From IMG/VR virus record IMGVR_UViG_3300030117_005840, positions 1 through 63,321 of that record: DNA of 63,321 nucleotides. One strand, given 5' to 3'. Below are positions 49,304 through 58,458 of the stretch, piece after piece; the first letter of the stretch is position 1, and every line of letters begins with the position of its first letter. The position numbers were made by a program, and so were the translations under genes. This DNA is from a virus. Lineage: Duplodnaviria; Caudoviricetes. The notes beneath the pieces were generated by a model that was not told where the DNA came from, searched no databases, and worked only from the letters and a program-made list of their open reading frames with translations.

Positions 49304-49636
49304 TCAGCAGTCTATGTTCAAGTTCATCTTCACCTCATTCAATGTATTCAATAGCTCATCCGCGTATTCTTTAACCTCGTCCGTGTAATTGACGGTGATA
49401 GCATAGTAATTACCATCCTCACAGGGATCACAGGGACTAGGTGTTGTTTCATAATGCTTGTCCAGTTCATAGTATTTCACTAATGCCTCTTTGTAGGTAT
49501 CGAAGATGTGGCCTTCGACATAAGTAGAGTCGAAGATGCCTCTATTGGCATCCACTTTATCCTCACGGACATCGACATAGAAGTCATCATCATCTCCAAA
49601 TCTAAGGAATATTTCGTATTCTATTTTAAACTTCAT
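49304..49636 (-). CDS. Acidic hypothetical protein
   Basis: 110 aa, preceded by an AGAAAGGCAA leader. Confidence 0.55.
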   Translation of the reverse strand: MKFKIEYEIFLRFGDDDDFYVDVREDKVDANRGIFDSTYVEGHIFDTYKEALVKYYELDKHYETTPSPCDPCEDGNYYAITVNYTDEVKEYADELLNTLNEVKMNLNIDC

Positions 49637-49783
49637 ATTCTATTGCCTTTCTTGTCTTGTGTATTTGTTATCCAATTGGCGTTGTTTCTTCTTACGCCTT
49701 CTTTTAAGAGCCTTTTCATCTGTTCGGGACAGACTGTTAACCGTTTCACGTATCTCCTTTTTCATTTTACTCCCTCTCCGTTG

Positions 49784-50002
49784 TTAATTGACTTCAGGTG
49801 GGTCGGTAGGATCGTGGTCATTGAATTCCTCCAGATGAAAGTCAATGTCATCTTCTTTTATCCTCTCTATGAATTTGCGAAGTGCGACTTCTCTGATCTT
49901 TTCGTAAACATCAGCATCCCTTAAATCCCAATGAGCGGGATATGAGACGTTTACAAACGAGTCCATAAGGACATCGACTCCAGCAGTTTTTTCTTTACTC
50001 AT
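49784..50002 (-). CDS. Hypothetical protein
   Basis: Preceded by the full leader repeat. Confidence 0.55.
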   Translation of the reverse strand: MSKEKTAGVDVLMDSFVNVSYPAHWDLRDADVYEKIREVALRKFIERIKEDDIDFHLEEFNDHDPTDPPEVN

Positions 50003-50026
50003 TTTGTTGCCTTTCTGTTTTGGTTA

Positions 50027-50929
50027 TTAACTCTTTAACTTTATCTTAACGTGGTCAATTTCTTTTCGATCTTCGGGTATCTCAAAATAAGAAGATAGGA
50101 TGTCCCAATCTGCATTTCGTATAGTCCGAACTTCGCCCAAATGGAAGCTCACCCACGAATCTCCTATTTTTGAGTCGGACTTAACTCTCTCTAATTTCGT
50201 CTCACAGATTTGTTTATACTCTTCGTTCAAATCAAAACCGATATAGCGTCTGCCTAATCGCTTCGCCGCTATTGCTGTTGTGCCAGTTCCCATGAAAGGA
50301 TCAAGGACAATGTCATCTTCATCGGTCGTCATTAAGATTAGCCGTTCCAACAAAGGAATAGGTAATTGACATGGGTGTTCGTCTCTATACTTGTTGTGTT
50401 TTATTCGATGGATGTCAGTCCATACATCAGATATTAAGCAACCAAAGGGATGCATACTTGCTTTTTTCCCACCATAATCCTTTTTTAAATGGGTAGATTT
50501 TCTGTCTCTCTCATGGGGCATTCGCATCTCATAAATCTTCGCTTGTTTAGTCTCTTTTACATAAAAAAGAATTCCGTAGTGCGCGGGTTGCAAGCTCTTA
50601 CCCATAGGTGAAGTAGGGGCGTTCCAAGATATCCAATGTTTGAATTCCGCGTATTCGTTTAATGATGCGCTAAAGAACGATAACCATTTTGGTATGTTAT
50701 GGACTAATATAGAGCCTGTAGGTTTAGTTACCCTGACCATCTCAGATATCCATTCATCGCACCAATCCAGATACTCTTTGAACTCTAAAGAGTCGCTATA
50801 ATTGGTGTATTTCTTTTTTAAATTAAAGGGCGGATCGGCAAAGGCCATATCCACAGAGTCGTCAGGAATCCCTTTTAATAACTCCAAACAGTCGCCTGTT
50901 ATTATTTTGTTAATCATATCCGTAATCAT
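50027..50929 (-). CDS. Amino-DNA methyltransferase (N6A/N4C, beta class), orphan
   Basis: GDC.E, motif IV DPPF, HP.Q.P..L..R, motif I VLDPFMGTGTT. Confidence 0.92.
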   Translation of the reverse strand: MITDMINKIITGDCLELLKGIPDDSVDMAFADPPFNLKKKYTNYSDSLEFKEYLDWCDEWISEMVRVTKPTGSILVHNIPKWLSFFSASLNEYAEFKHWISWNAPTSPMGKSLQPAHYGILFYVKETKQAKIYEMRMPHERDRKSTHLKKDYGGKKASMHPFGCLISDVWTDIHRIKHNKYRDEHPCQLPIPLLERLILMTTDEDDIVLDPFMGTGTTAIAAKRLGRRYIGFDLNEEYKQICETKLERVKSDSKIGDSWVSFHLGEVRTIRNADWDILSSYFEIPEDRKEIDHVKIKLKS

Positions 50930-50946
50930 TTTGTTGCCTTTCTTTT

Positions 50947-51339
50947 TTACACTTGCGGGAGTTGCTCGGGATCGACGGCCTGAGTGTTCCCGTAGATAGG
51001 CAATCCCAAGTTGGTTAGGGGGGCGAGCTTATACTCACCGGACTTCACTTTGGCGCGGAGTTCCGTCACCCTCGGGTCACCCACAGCATGTCCATGGTGC
51101 CTCTCCAGCCACCCTAACCATCTACACAGCCATTGGGTGTCTGCCGTAGTGCGTTCCTCATCCTCCCACCAACCTTGGTCTATTATTATCCCGAAATCGC
51201 CCTTAAACGCGACGGTGGTTCCTTTAGATTGGAACCAATTCCCTAGGGGAGTGGTTATATTGGATTGGGTTTTGTAGGCATCGATGCCGTCTCTAATGTC
51301 CATTACGTATGGAGCTATTAGTTTTTCTTCAGTTTGCAT
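50947..51339 (-). CDS. Hypothetical protein
   Basis: Preceded by the leader repeat. Confidence 0.55.
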   Translation of the reverse strand: MQTEEKLIAPYVMDIRDGIDAYKTQSNITTPLGNWFQSKGTTVAFKGDFGIIIDQGWWEDEERTTADTQWLCRWLGWLERHHGHAVGDPRVTELRAKVKSGEYKLAPLTNLGLPIYGNTQAVDPEQLPQV

Positions 51340-51363
51340 AGGTATGTTGCCTTTCTGTTTTGG

Positions 51364-51672
51364 TTAGCGAATTGCGGATGTATCCACACCCTCCCAATAG
51401 TTCAGTCTACTTGATGCGATATGCTGTTTTGTATAGTTGTCCAACAAGGCCGCATATTCTTGATGTGATATTTCAACTACTGATTCCCTGTGTAAGAAAT
51501 AGGCTGGAAGCACTCCCGCCGCTTCCGGTATGAACTCAGCTATGGTTACCCAATTACCTGTGAAGGAAGGCCACACACCTTCTGTATTTTTAAAGTAAAA
51601 ACTTATCTCTGCTGTTTTACTCCACGCACCTTTGAGTTGTGCGGTTTGTTTTGCTTGTTTTACTGTAATCAT
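51364..51672 (-). CDS. Hypothetical protein
   Basis: Preceded by the leader repeat. Confidence 0.55.
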   Translation of the reverse strand: MITVKQAKQTAQLKGAWSKTAEISFYFKNTEGVWPSFTGNWVTIAEFIPEAAGVLPAYFLHRESVVEISHQEYAALLDNYTKQHIASSRLNYWEGVDTSAIR

Positions 51673-51700
51673 TTTGTTGCCTTTCTGTTTTGGTCTTGGT

Positions 51701-52159
51701 TCATTTTTGCGGGGTATCTGAGAATGTTGGTCGGGGTCGTTGCTTCGACGCGCCCTGCTCGTCGTTGGACACCATTCGGCCTTGGCTGAAACCGGTGGGG
51801 ATTTGCCTGCCCTTATCTTTAAGCACCCACAAGTGGTATTGATTAGCAGTATCCACCAAACGGGACTCAGCGGGATAGAGTTCTAGGCCTTCGTGTTCTG
51901 CTCCAACGAGATCATTTTTGATCTGCTGGAAGTCACGCCAATCACGGGACGGACGACGGTCATGGGTCTTGATTGATAGATGATACATTTCTGTATAAGG
52001 GGATATGAAAACCTGATAGTATCCGTTGCGAAACCATCGCTCACCCTCATGTGGTTCGTATCCAGAAGACGTATCGACGGGGCATTCAAACCATGCCCAT
52101 TTAGGATTGGTAGCGGGATTGTATTTATCCCACATCTTATCTTTTTTACGTTTAGCCAT
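51701..52159 (-). CDS. Conserved phage hypothetical protein
   Basis: HLSI....R...DWRD.Q.IKN.L.G...E..E.YP.ESRLVD.AN.YHLW. Confidence 0.65.
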   Translation of the reverse strand: MAKRKKDKMWDKYNPATNPKWAWFECPVDTSSGYEPHEGERWFRNGYYQVFISPYTEMYHLSIKTHDRRPSRDWRDFQQIKNDLVGAEHEGLELYPAESRLVDTANQYHLWVLKDKGRQIPTGFSQGRMVSNDEQGASKQRPRPTFSDTPQK

Positions 52160-52566
52160 CGGTTTATTTTTTCTTTTCTAGGACTGCTAAAACAATTACT
52201 AAGATGACAATTATTACCGGAAAGCTAAGTAGCGATAAGAAGTGTTCAATGTTTCCATTATGAATATATAGTTTTCCCATGATTACCTTTTAATATATCA
52301 GCTTCTAATGGTCAAATATATTATTCAATTATTTTCTAGGTGACAGTATGCGCTTACTCCCTATCGACGTGACAGTATGCGATGACAGGGGTTAATCTAC
52401 GGGGTTCAGGGTTCAGGAAACGGGGTTCGGGAAACAGGGTGCGGGTTTCGAATTACTCCAGGCATTTGATAAAACACAGGCAGGCCGCTCAACCGTTAGT
52501 AAAAGATTAATTAGAATTAATTTACTAAATACTTGTAAAATAACCTTATTAGATGATAGTCCGCGC

Positions 52567-53667
52567 ATGAAATTACCTTTATGTAAAATCAAACAACTGG
52601 GGCGCATTGCAAAAGCTGCATATGATGCCGGTCGTCAATTCTCAATATATGGACAAGGCGGGACGGGTAAAACAACCGTTCTAAGGGAAGTGGTAGCACC
52701 TGCCTTAAACATTGCGCCAGAGAACGTCTGGCTTGTTAACCTGTCCGGCAGCGCGCCGCAGGAATGCCTAGGCTATGGCATCCCCGATAGCGCAACGCGT
52801 GATATGTGGTTTAGCAGGCCGGAGATATGGCCAACTCCGGACAGGGTGCCGGACGGCACGCGCACAATGCTGATCCTTGATGAGCAAAGTGATTATGATC
52901 CGGCCGTCAATAGCTTATTGCGCGGCCTATTCAACCCGACAGGCGGCCGCAGTAAAGTTGGTTCGCATGAGTTAACGAGTGACTTGTTTGTTTGCTCAAC
53001 CGGTAACCGGCGCACCGATGGATCAAATCGCTCTGGCATTCCATCTGCGCCGCAGGTTGAGCGTGCGGTATCGGTTGAATTACAGCCGGACTTAAACGGT
53101 TGGCTTGAGTGGGCAAGCAACGTGGATGGAATTAAAAATTCACCCTTGCTGGCCTTTCTATCATACTCAAATGGGCTTGAGGGAATCGATCATTTCTGCC
53201 CACCGGTAGAGCAACCGTGGGAAGGTTCGCCGCACCCATGCCCTAGAACGTGGGAAGCGGCCGCGAATATGGAGCGCACGCTTACCGCAGATAATGCAGA
53301 CATCTCGCTTATTAGCCTCGCCATACGTGGCGCAGTTGGCGAGCAAGCAGGTAATGCAGCTTTTGCATTCACTGAAACGGTGCATAAAGATTTACCGTTA
53401 TTGGCGAAAATACGCGCAGGGCAGGCTAACTTACCTGATGATGATCCTAGCCGACAATACGGCCTACTTTATACCGGTATAAGACAATGCTCTAAAGAGA
53501 GCAACGCCGACCCGGAAGCGGCGGTCGCATCCGGCGCAGTTGATTGGCTTGCCGATATGATATGCTCAGCGGCCGGAGATATCCGCGTCTGGGCTTTTGA
53601 ATCTGCAATGCGCGCAGGCTTGCCACTTGATCAGCATCCGCGAAGGGAAGATATGCAAGGCGTTTAA
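52567..53667 (+). CDS. MoxR-type AAA+ ATPase
   Basis: Walker A GQGGTGKT, Walker B ILDE, TGNR, PRTWE. Confidence 0.85.
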   Translation: MKLPLCKIKQLGRIAKAAYDAGRQFSIYGQGGTGKTTVLREVVAPALNIAPENVWLVNLSGSAPQECLGYGIPDSATRDMWFSRPEIWPTPDRVPDGTRTMLILDEQSDYDPAVNSLLRGLFNPTGGRSKVGSHELTSDLFVCSTGNRRTDGSNRSGIPSAPQVERAVSVELQPDLNGWLEWASNVDGIKNSPLLAFLSYSNGLEGIDHFCPPVEQPWEGSPHPCPRTWEAAANMERTLTADNADISLISLAIRGAVGEQAGNAAFAFTETVHKDLPLLAKIRAGQANLPDDDPSRQYGLLYTGIRQCSKESNADPEAAVASGAVDWLADMICSAAGDIRVWAFESAMRAGLPLDQHPRREDMQGV

Positions 53668-53709
53668 TTGTGACAGAATTAATTCTCATTATATACCTTT
53701 TATTCATAT

Positions 53710-53741
53710 ACTTGCGCGCGTTTTACATAGCGCGCGCAAGT
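53710..53741 (+). terminator. Intergenic hairpin
   Basis: ACTTGCGCGC...GCGCGCAAGT followed by a T-rich run. Confidence 0.5.
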
Positions 53742-53783
53742 TTGATTTTTCAATAAACTCCAGGCATTCGAAAAAACCGGCGA

Positions 53784-54713
53784 ATGCCTCTTAATAAACT
53801 AACCGGACACAAAACTATAAAAATGAAAACCGTAAACCAACCCGCACCAGCACAAGCACCGGTGCCATTAAAAACAATAAATAGCCTTGTGCTTTTTTCT
53901 TTTAGGACAAAGCAACCGGCCACTACAAAACTAAATCGCCGCGCAGGAGTTCAAGCCGCAATCAATAACGGTGCAAGCCGCAATGCCGCGCGCCTTTATA
54001 ACCGCTTTCTGGAATCCAGAGGCACTGTTATTGGCAAGATCAGCACGTTGTTTAATCAAACGAGTAAGAAAATGAGGGAGCGCGCTTTGCCGAATGCCTC
54101 CGGAGGCTATTACCTGCGCGCCAAAGATGTTGATCATGTGCAAGGTGTATTTGATGAGGCTTTAAATGATCTTGATCATTTAAAGCAGATATTACTTAAT
54201 GACTGGGATCAACTGCCTAGGCCGGAACTTGGCCAGTTTGCGCAGGATATTAAAATGCCGAGTAAATATGAGTTCGCAGACGCTTACCATATGGAACTGG
54301 ACTGGATGCGCCAACCGGCCGCGATTGAGGGAACCGTTCTGGAAGGCGTAAGCACAGAGACGGCCGCACGCGTCCGCGCCGAATCGCAGAAAAGCACAGA
54401 ACGCAGTTTGATTGCCGCGCATGCCGAACCTGTCCGCGAAACGCTCAAGATGTTAACCGGTGCAATCGATCATTTAGCTACCGGTAAACGGTTACGTTCC
54501 GAACGGTTCAAAGCATTGCAGGATCAGATCGGCAGACTAGATGACATGAACTGGCTAGACTTGCCGGAGTTAAAGCAATTAACTAATACCTTACGCCCCT
54601 GTGTCATAGATACAGATCAGCTTGATGATTCAACCGATAAGCACAAGGCAGTAAGCACGCTATCAGAGGCGCAACGAATTGCAGAGCAAACCCTTAAAGA
54701 CTTAGGTATTTAA
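53784..54713 (+). CDS. Helical hypothetical protein (DUF3150-like); start may be 53823
   Basis: Lies between the AAA+ and vWA genes, as in known phage MoxR clusters. Confidence 0.5.
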   Translation: MPLNKLTGHKTIKMKTVNQPAPAQAPVPLKTINSLVLFSFRTKQPATTKLNRRAGVQAAINNGASRNAARLYNRFLESRGTVIGKISTLFNQTSKKMRERALPNASGGYYLRAKDVDHVQGVFDEALNDLDHLKQILLNDWDQLPRPELGQFAQDIKMPSKYEFADAYHMELDWMRQPAAIEGTVLEGVSTETAARVRAESQKSTERSLIAAHAEPVRETLKMLTGAIDHLATGKRLRSERFKALQDQIGRLDDMNWLDLPELKQLTNTLRPCVIDTDQLDDSTDKHKAVSTLSEAQRIAEQTLKDLGI

Positions 54714-54719
54714 TCAAAC

Positions 54720-54752
54720 GCGCAGGCCGGTGATAATCGCACCGGCCTGCGC
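54720..54752 (+). other. Intergenic GC hairpin
   Basis: GCGCAGGCCGGTG-ATAATCG-CACCGGCCTGCGC. Confidence 0.6.
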
Positions 54753-54767
54753 TAACCCTTTGAAATT

Positions 54768-56330
54768 ATGACATTAAAACCAGAAGTAGATCATTCAATT
54801 GATCAATCAGTTAAGCCGGAATCGCTTGAAAAGGTGATTTTCGCACAAAGCAGCCTAGCCGCACGCGCACTGCGCCGGTTACGGAAACACGCGCCGCGCC
54901 AATATATCAAAGCAATTGCGCTTGATTGGCGTTATTGCGACTTTACACCGTTCGCGGCCACAGATGGCCGTTACTTCTTTGTAAACCGGAAAGGACTGGA
55001 GTATTTAGCAGAGCAAGACGACCCTGTCGGCCTTATTGCATTCTTATTCCTGCATGAAACCTTTCACGCCGAACGCTTGCACCCTTTACGCTTGAGCCCT
55101 GCAAAATATAAGGATAGGCAGCGCGCCAACTTTGCCGCCGATTACGTTACAAACGCGGATATTCACCGGCTTAACGTGGCGGCCGGTATGGTCTGCGCAG
55201 GCCGTTACCCGTTCCCATTAATTGAGGGATGCCTGCATGATCCACAAATTAGCAAAGATTACTCTGTGGAAGAACTTTATAGACGACTTAAGCAACCGGA
55301 ACTCCCAAAGGGAAAAAAGCAGGCGGCAGGCGGGGATCAGGACGGGGATCAGGAAAATGAAACTAATCCCACAGATGCAGGTAATACGGATCAGGACACA
55401 GGCGGCAATGGATCAGATGCCGGTAATGGTGAGATCAAAAGCGAAAATGATGCAGACGGCAAGGAAACTGGAGGTGCGGCCGGAGACTCCGGCGCAGGCG
55501 CGCAGGACGGGGATCAGGCTGCCGACACTAATCCGGAGGCCGGAGGCGCAGATGGCGGCGCGGATCAGGCGGGAACCGGTGCCGGAGGCGGCGCAGGCGT
55601 AAATGATCCATCGCTGTCCAATTTACCCGGAACGGGCGCGCCCGATCTGCGGCAACCAACCGTAAAGCCTAATGAATCATTAGCCGATATTGAGCAAGGA
55701 TTGAAAAAAGAGAATGAGCGGATCAGGCTACAGGAATCATTGCGCAGTATCGGGGACGGTGAGGGCGGTTTTGATAGAGAAGTATTTGATAGGCCGCCTG
55801 TGCGTCTTGATTGGCGGGAATATCTAGCACATTGGCTGCTTGCACGCGCCTGCACAGCTTGGGATAAGCCTATAAACGTGCCAATCTATTCAGCAACCGG
55901 TCTTGTGAGCGCAGGCAGAGATCAGGCAACGCTTGATACGCTTGTGATAGGTATCGACACGTCCGGCAGTGTAAATGATGATGAACAAGGCGAAATGCTT
56001 GCAAGTATCCGGCATGCAGTGGAAACCATTAAATTTGAGACTCTGCACTTACTCGCATGTGATAGCGGTATAAGGCAGCACAATGAAATTCAGGCTTGTG
56101 ATTTGTCGGCAATGCCTAATTACGTGCGGGGCGGCGGCGGCACGCGGTTTAGGCCTGTATTTGATTGGCAGGCAGAGAACGCACCGGATGCGCCTATTAT
56201 ATACCTTACAGACGGGCATTCTTATGACCTGAAAAGCATAAGGGAACCGGACGTTCCGGTTCTGTGGCTATCGTGGGATGCTCCAGTTAATCATTACCCA
56301 TTTGGCGAGGCTGTGCGCATATGGCTATAA
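54768..56330 (+). CDS. Metallopeptidase-vWA protein (DUF2201-like)
   Basis: AATDG, LHETFH (HExxH), N.AAD; Gly/Asp linker; MIDAS DTSGS, GGGT.F.P.F, LTDG. Confidence 0.85.
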   Translation: MTLKPEVDHSIDQSVKPESLEKVIFAQSSLAARALRRLRKHAPRQYIKAIALDWRYCDFTPFAATDGRYFFVNRKGLEYLAEQDDPVGLIAFLFLHETFHAERLHPLRLSPAKYKDRQRANFAADYVTNADIHRLNVAAGMVCAGRYPFPLIEGCLHDPQISKDYSVEELYRRLKQPELPKGKKQAAGGDQDGDQENETNPTDAGNTDQDTGGNGSDAGNGEIKSENDADGKETGGAAGDSGAGAQDGDQAADTNPEAGGADGGADQAGTGAGGGAGVNDPSLSNLPGTGAPDLRQPTVKPNESLADIEQGLKKENERIRLQESLRSIGDGEGGFDREVFDRPPVRLDWREYLAHWLLARACTAWDKPINVPIYSATGLVSAGRDQATLDTLVIGIDTSGSVNDDEQGEMLASIRHAVETIKFETLHLLACDSGIRQHNEIQACDLSAMPNYVRGGGGTRFRPVFDWQAENAPDAPIIYLTDGHSYDLKSIREPDVPVLWLSWDAPVNHYPFGEAVRIWL

Positions 56331-56481
56331 ATGCATTAATGCAGGTTAGAATACCTGCGCGCCTGTGGCGGGAAAATGGCCAGTGGTGCATTGCGCCAAA
56401 TGCGCGCCCGACTAGCGTTATGCGCTTTGATAGTGTTAAGGATGCGCGCAGGATGGCACGCGCCTTGCATTGGCGCATAAT

Positions 56482-56521
56482 GTGACAGAACGTGACAGAA
56501 CGTGACAGAACGTGACAGAAC
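56482..56521 (+). repeat. Tandem 10-mer GTGACAGAAC x4
   Basis: Read directly; followed by a hairpin at 56519-56548. Confidence 0.9.
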
Positions 56522-56625
56522 CGGCACACGGGCAACTGTGTGCCGGTTTCATTATACAGGGATCAGGATAAAGGGTGCGTTTTGGGTTATTCCTGGCTAA
56601 TCAGAAAATCGCAGGCAGCCTGCGC

Positions 56626-56711
56626 CGATCCTGTCCGGCCTTAACCGGTGACGATCCTGTCCGGCCTTAACCGGTGACGATCCTGTCCGGCCTTAACCGG
56701 TGCCGATCCTG
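56626..56711 (+). repeat. Tandem 26-mer CGATCCTGTCCGGCCTTAACCGGTGA x3.3
   Basis: Read directly. Confidence 0.9.
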
Positions 56712-56770
56712 CACTGGCCGCAGGCGAGTTGCGCCTTGTGCGCATCTGTAATCTATGCTTTTATAGGGGC

Positions 56771-57166
56771 ATGGATAACCAAAACAAGCCGGACGCGCTA
56801 ACCGGCCTTAACAAACAAGCGCAGAAACGCGGGGTGATTGATACCCGCTCATTAAACAAACGGCCTTTTAAGAGCAGTCCGGCCGGACAAGACCCTAAAA
56901 AGCCGTTTGAGTGTTGTATATGCGGCGCAGGCGTGATTGATGGAACTTGGCCGCATAACCCAGACCCGTTTGAGGGTGAGGCATGCTGCACAGATTGCAA
57001 TGATACGCAGGTAATACCTGCGCGCCTGCTGATCCATTCAACCGGCCTGCGGCCGCCTGCCTCCGGCATTGTCGTTGGCGGACGTGAGCATACGCTTATT
57101 AACCTGCTATCGAACGCGATCTATTCAGGTGCGGCCGATCCAGTGCTAGATGGAGGTGATGAATAA
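56771..57166 (+). CDS. Zn-finger-containing phage protein
   Basis: C..C...HNP.P....CC..CN..VIPAR; ATG at 56771. Confidence 0.6.
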   Translation: MDNQNKPDALTGLNKQAQKRGVIDTRSLNKRPFKSSPAGQDPKKPFECCICGAGVIDGTWPHNPDPFEGEACCTDCNDTQVIPARLLIHSTGLRPPASGIVVGGREHTLINLLSNAIYSGAADPVLDGGDE

Positions 57167-57342
57167 TGAATGCAGACACAGATGGCCGCTACTTCTTTAT
57201 TGAAGCGGATAATGAGCAAGAAGCCTTATTCCGTAAATGGGCGCGTGAGGAATACGAACCATTTACAGAAATCAAACCCGTATGGCATCCTGTCGTGAGA
57301 GACGAGTGTCACAAAATAAACACTGAACAAGCAAGTAAATGA
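57166..57342 (+). CDS. Small hypothetical protein (58 aa, not in ORF track)
   Basis: MNADTDGRYFF...FRKWARE...WHPVVRDEC; coupled to neighbours at both ends. Confidence 0.55.
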   Translation: MNADTDGRYFFIEADNEQEALFRKWAREEYEPFTEIKPVWHPVVRDECHKINTEQASK

Positions 57343-57548
57343 GCTATAATATCATTAAATTCTATAGAGAGGGTAAGCCCTCGGAAATCGTTAAACGCGG
57401 CCTGTCATTGGATGAGGCAAAAGAATATTGCAATAGGCCGGACACAGCCGGTGACGGTTGGTTCTGCGGCTTCCAGTGGTATCATCCCGATAATCCGCAT
57501 GATGACGAACCAGTAGACCTTTACCCGTTAGAGGGGGACGAACGATAA
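57339..57548 (+). CDS. Small conserved phage protein
   Basis: Y.I..F.......I.KRGL.L.EA...C..P.T....WF.G. Confidence 0.6.
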   Translation: MSYNIIKFYREGKPSEIVKRGLSLDEAKEYCNRPDTAGDGWFCGFQWYHPDNPHDDEPVDLYPLEGDER

Positions 57549-57570
57549 ACACTAAACATTAAACCCGATT

Positions 57571-57609
57571 AAAGAGGCCGGTTGCGTTAACGCGTAACCG
57601 GCCTCTTTT
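57571..57609 (+). terminator. Rho-independent terminator
   Basis: AAAGAGGCCGGTTGCG-TTAA-CGCGTAACCGGCCTCTTTT. Confidence 0.75.
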
Positions 57610-57635
57610 GTGGCCGTAAAGGTGAAATAACGCGG

Positions 57636-58006
57636 TTTAAAGGCGCGTATACTTCCATATTCGGCACCGGCCAAGGCCATTGCCTGCACTGTGGCAATTT
57701 GGATTTGCTCCAGGTATCTCATATTACACTAAGCAGCCTGCGCCGATCCTGTCCGGTGCTGATCCTGTCCGGTGCTGATCCTGTCCGGCCTTGCCGGTGC
57801 TGATCCTGTCCGGTGCTGATCCTGTCCGGTGCTGATCCTGTCCGGTGCGGATCCTGTCCGGTGCTTATCCTGTCCGGTGCTGATCCTGTCCGCCTGTGCC
57901 GCGTTTTTTTGCAGGCAGCGTCTCAACCGGTGCTGATCTCAATCTAGCAAAATGTGCGTTTTAAAGGCGCGTATACTTCCATATTCGGCACCGGTTAAGG
58001 CCATTG
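57636..58006 (+). repeat. About 9 copies of 16-mer GATCCTGTCCGGTGCT (57745-57892) flanked by a 47-bp direct repeat
   Basis: Flanks at 57636-57682 and 57960-58006 differ at 2 nt. Confidence 0.9.
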
Positions 58007-58458
58007 TCCGCGTTAAGGCCGGTTATGAGATCGTCAAACCATGCAATGCGCTTACATGCTGCCTGCAATATTTTGCGATTGTGACAGAACGTGACACAGC
58101 CGTTACCGGTTAAAGGTATCAGGAATAAGGGTGCAGGAATCAGGGTGCGGGGTGCAGGATCGATCTATACCTGGTTATCGATAAGGCCGGGAGGCTGCCT
58201 AGCGAATCAGCACCGGTTAAGCTTTCGACATCGTGCCAACGGCAGGCCGTTCTCCTGATCCGGGCGCGCACCGGCCAACTTGAACACCGGACAATGCACC
58301 ATGTTTCCGGCTTCATTATTGAGTGATAATGACCAATGATGCAGGAAGCAGGAAACACGCCACGGGTGGGGTGTCACTTTTTTTGAGCGCGTCATGCGTA
58401 GTATATACACGCGTAGGAAAAAATTTGACTGTAATCCCGTAATGAATTTCAATTACTC

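Larger units (their letters stand above)
49634..51694 (-). repeat. Dispersed leader repeat ACCAAAACAGAAAGGCAACAAAATG before consecutive genes
   Basis: Copies at 50000-50025, 50927-50943, 51345-51365 and 51670-51694; partial copy at 49643-49652. Confidence 0.85.

Noticed and set aside
57745-57892. 16-mer array as a CRISPR or mini-CRISPR
   Set aside because: Units are contiguous with no unique spacers, and no cas operon is present
57729-57926. Repetitive 65-aa ORF on the minus strand
   Set aside because: It is a translation of the DNA tandem repeat
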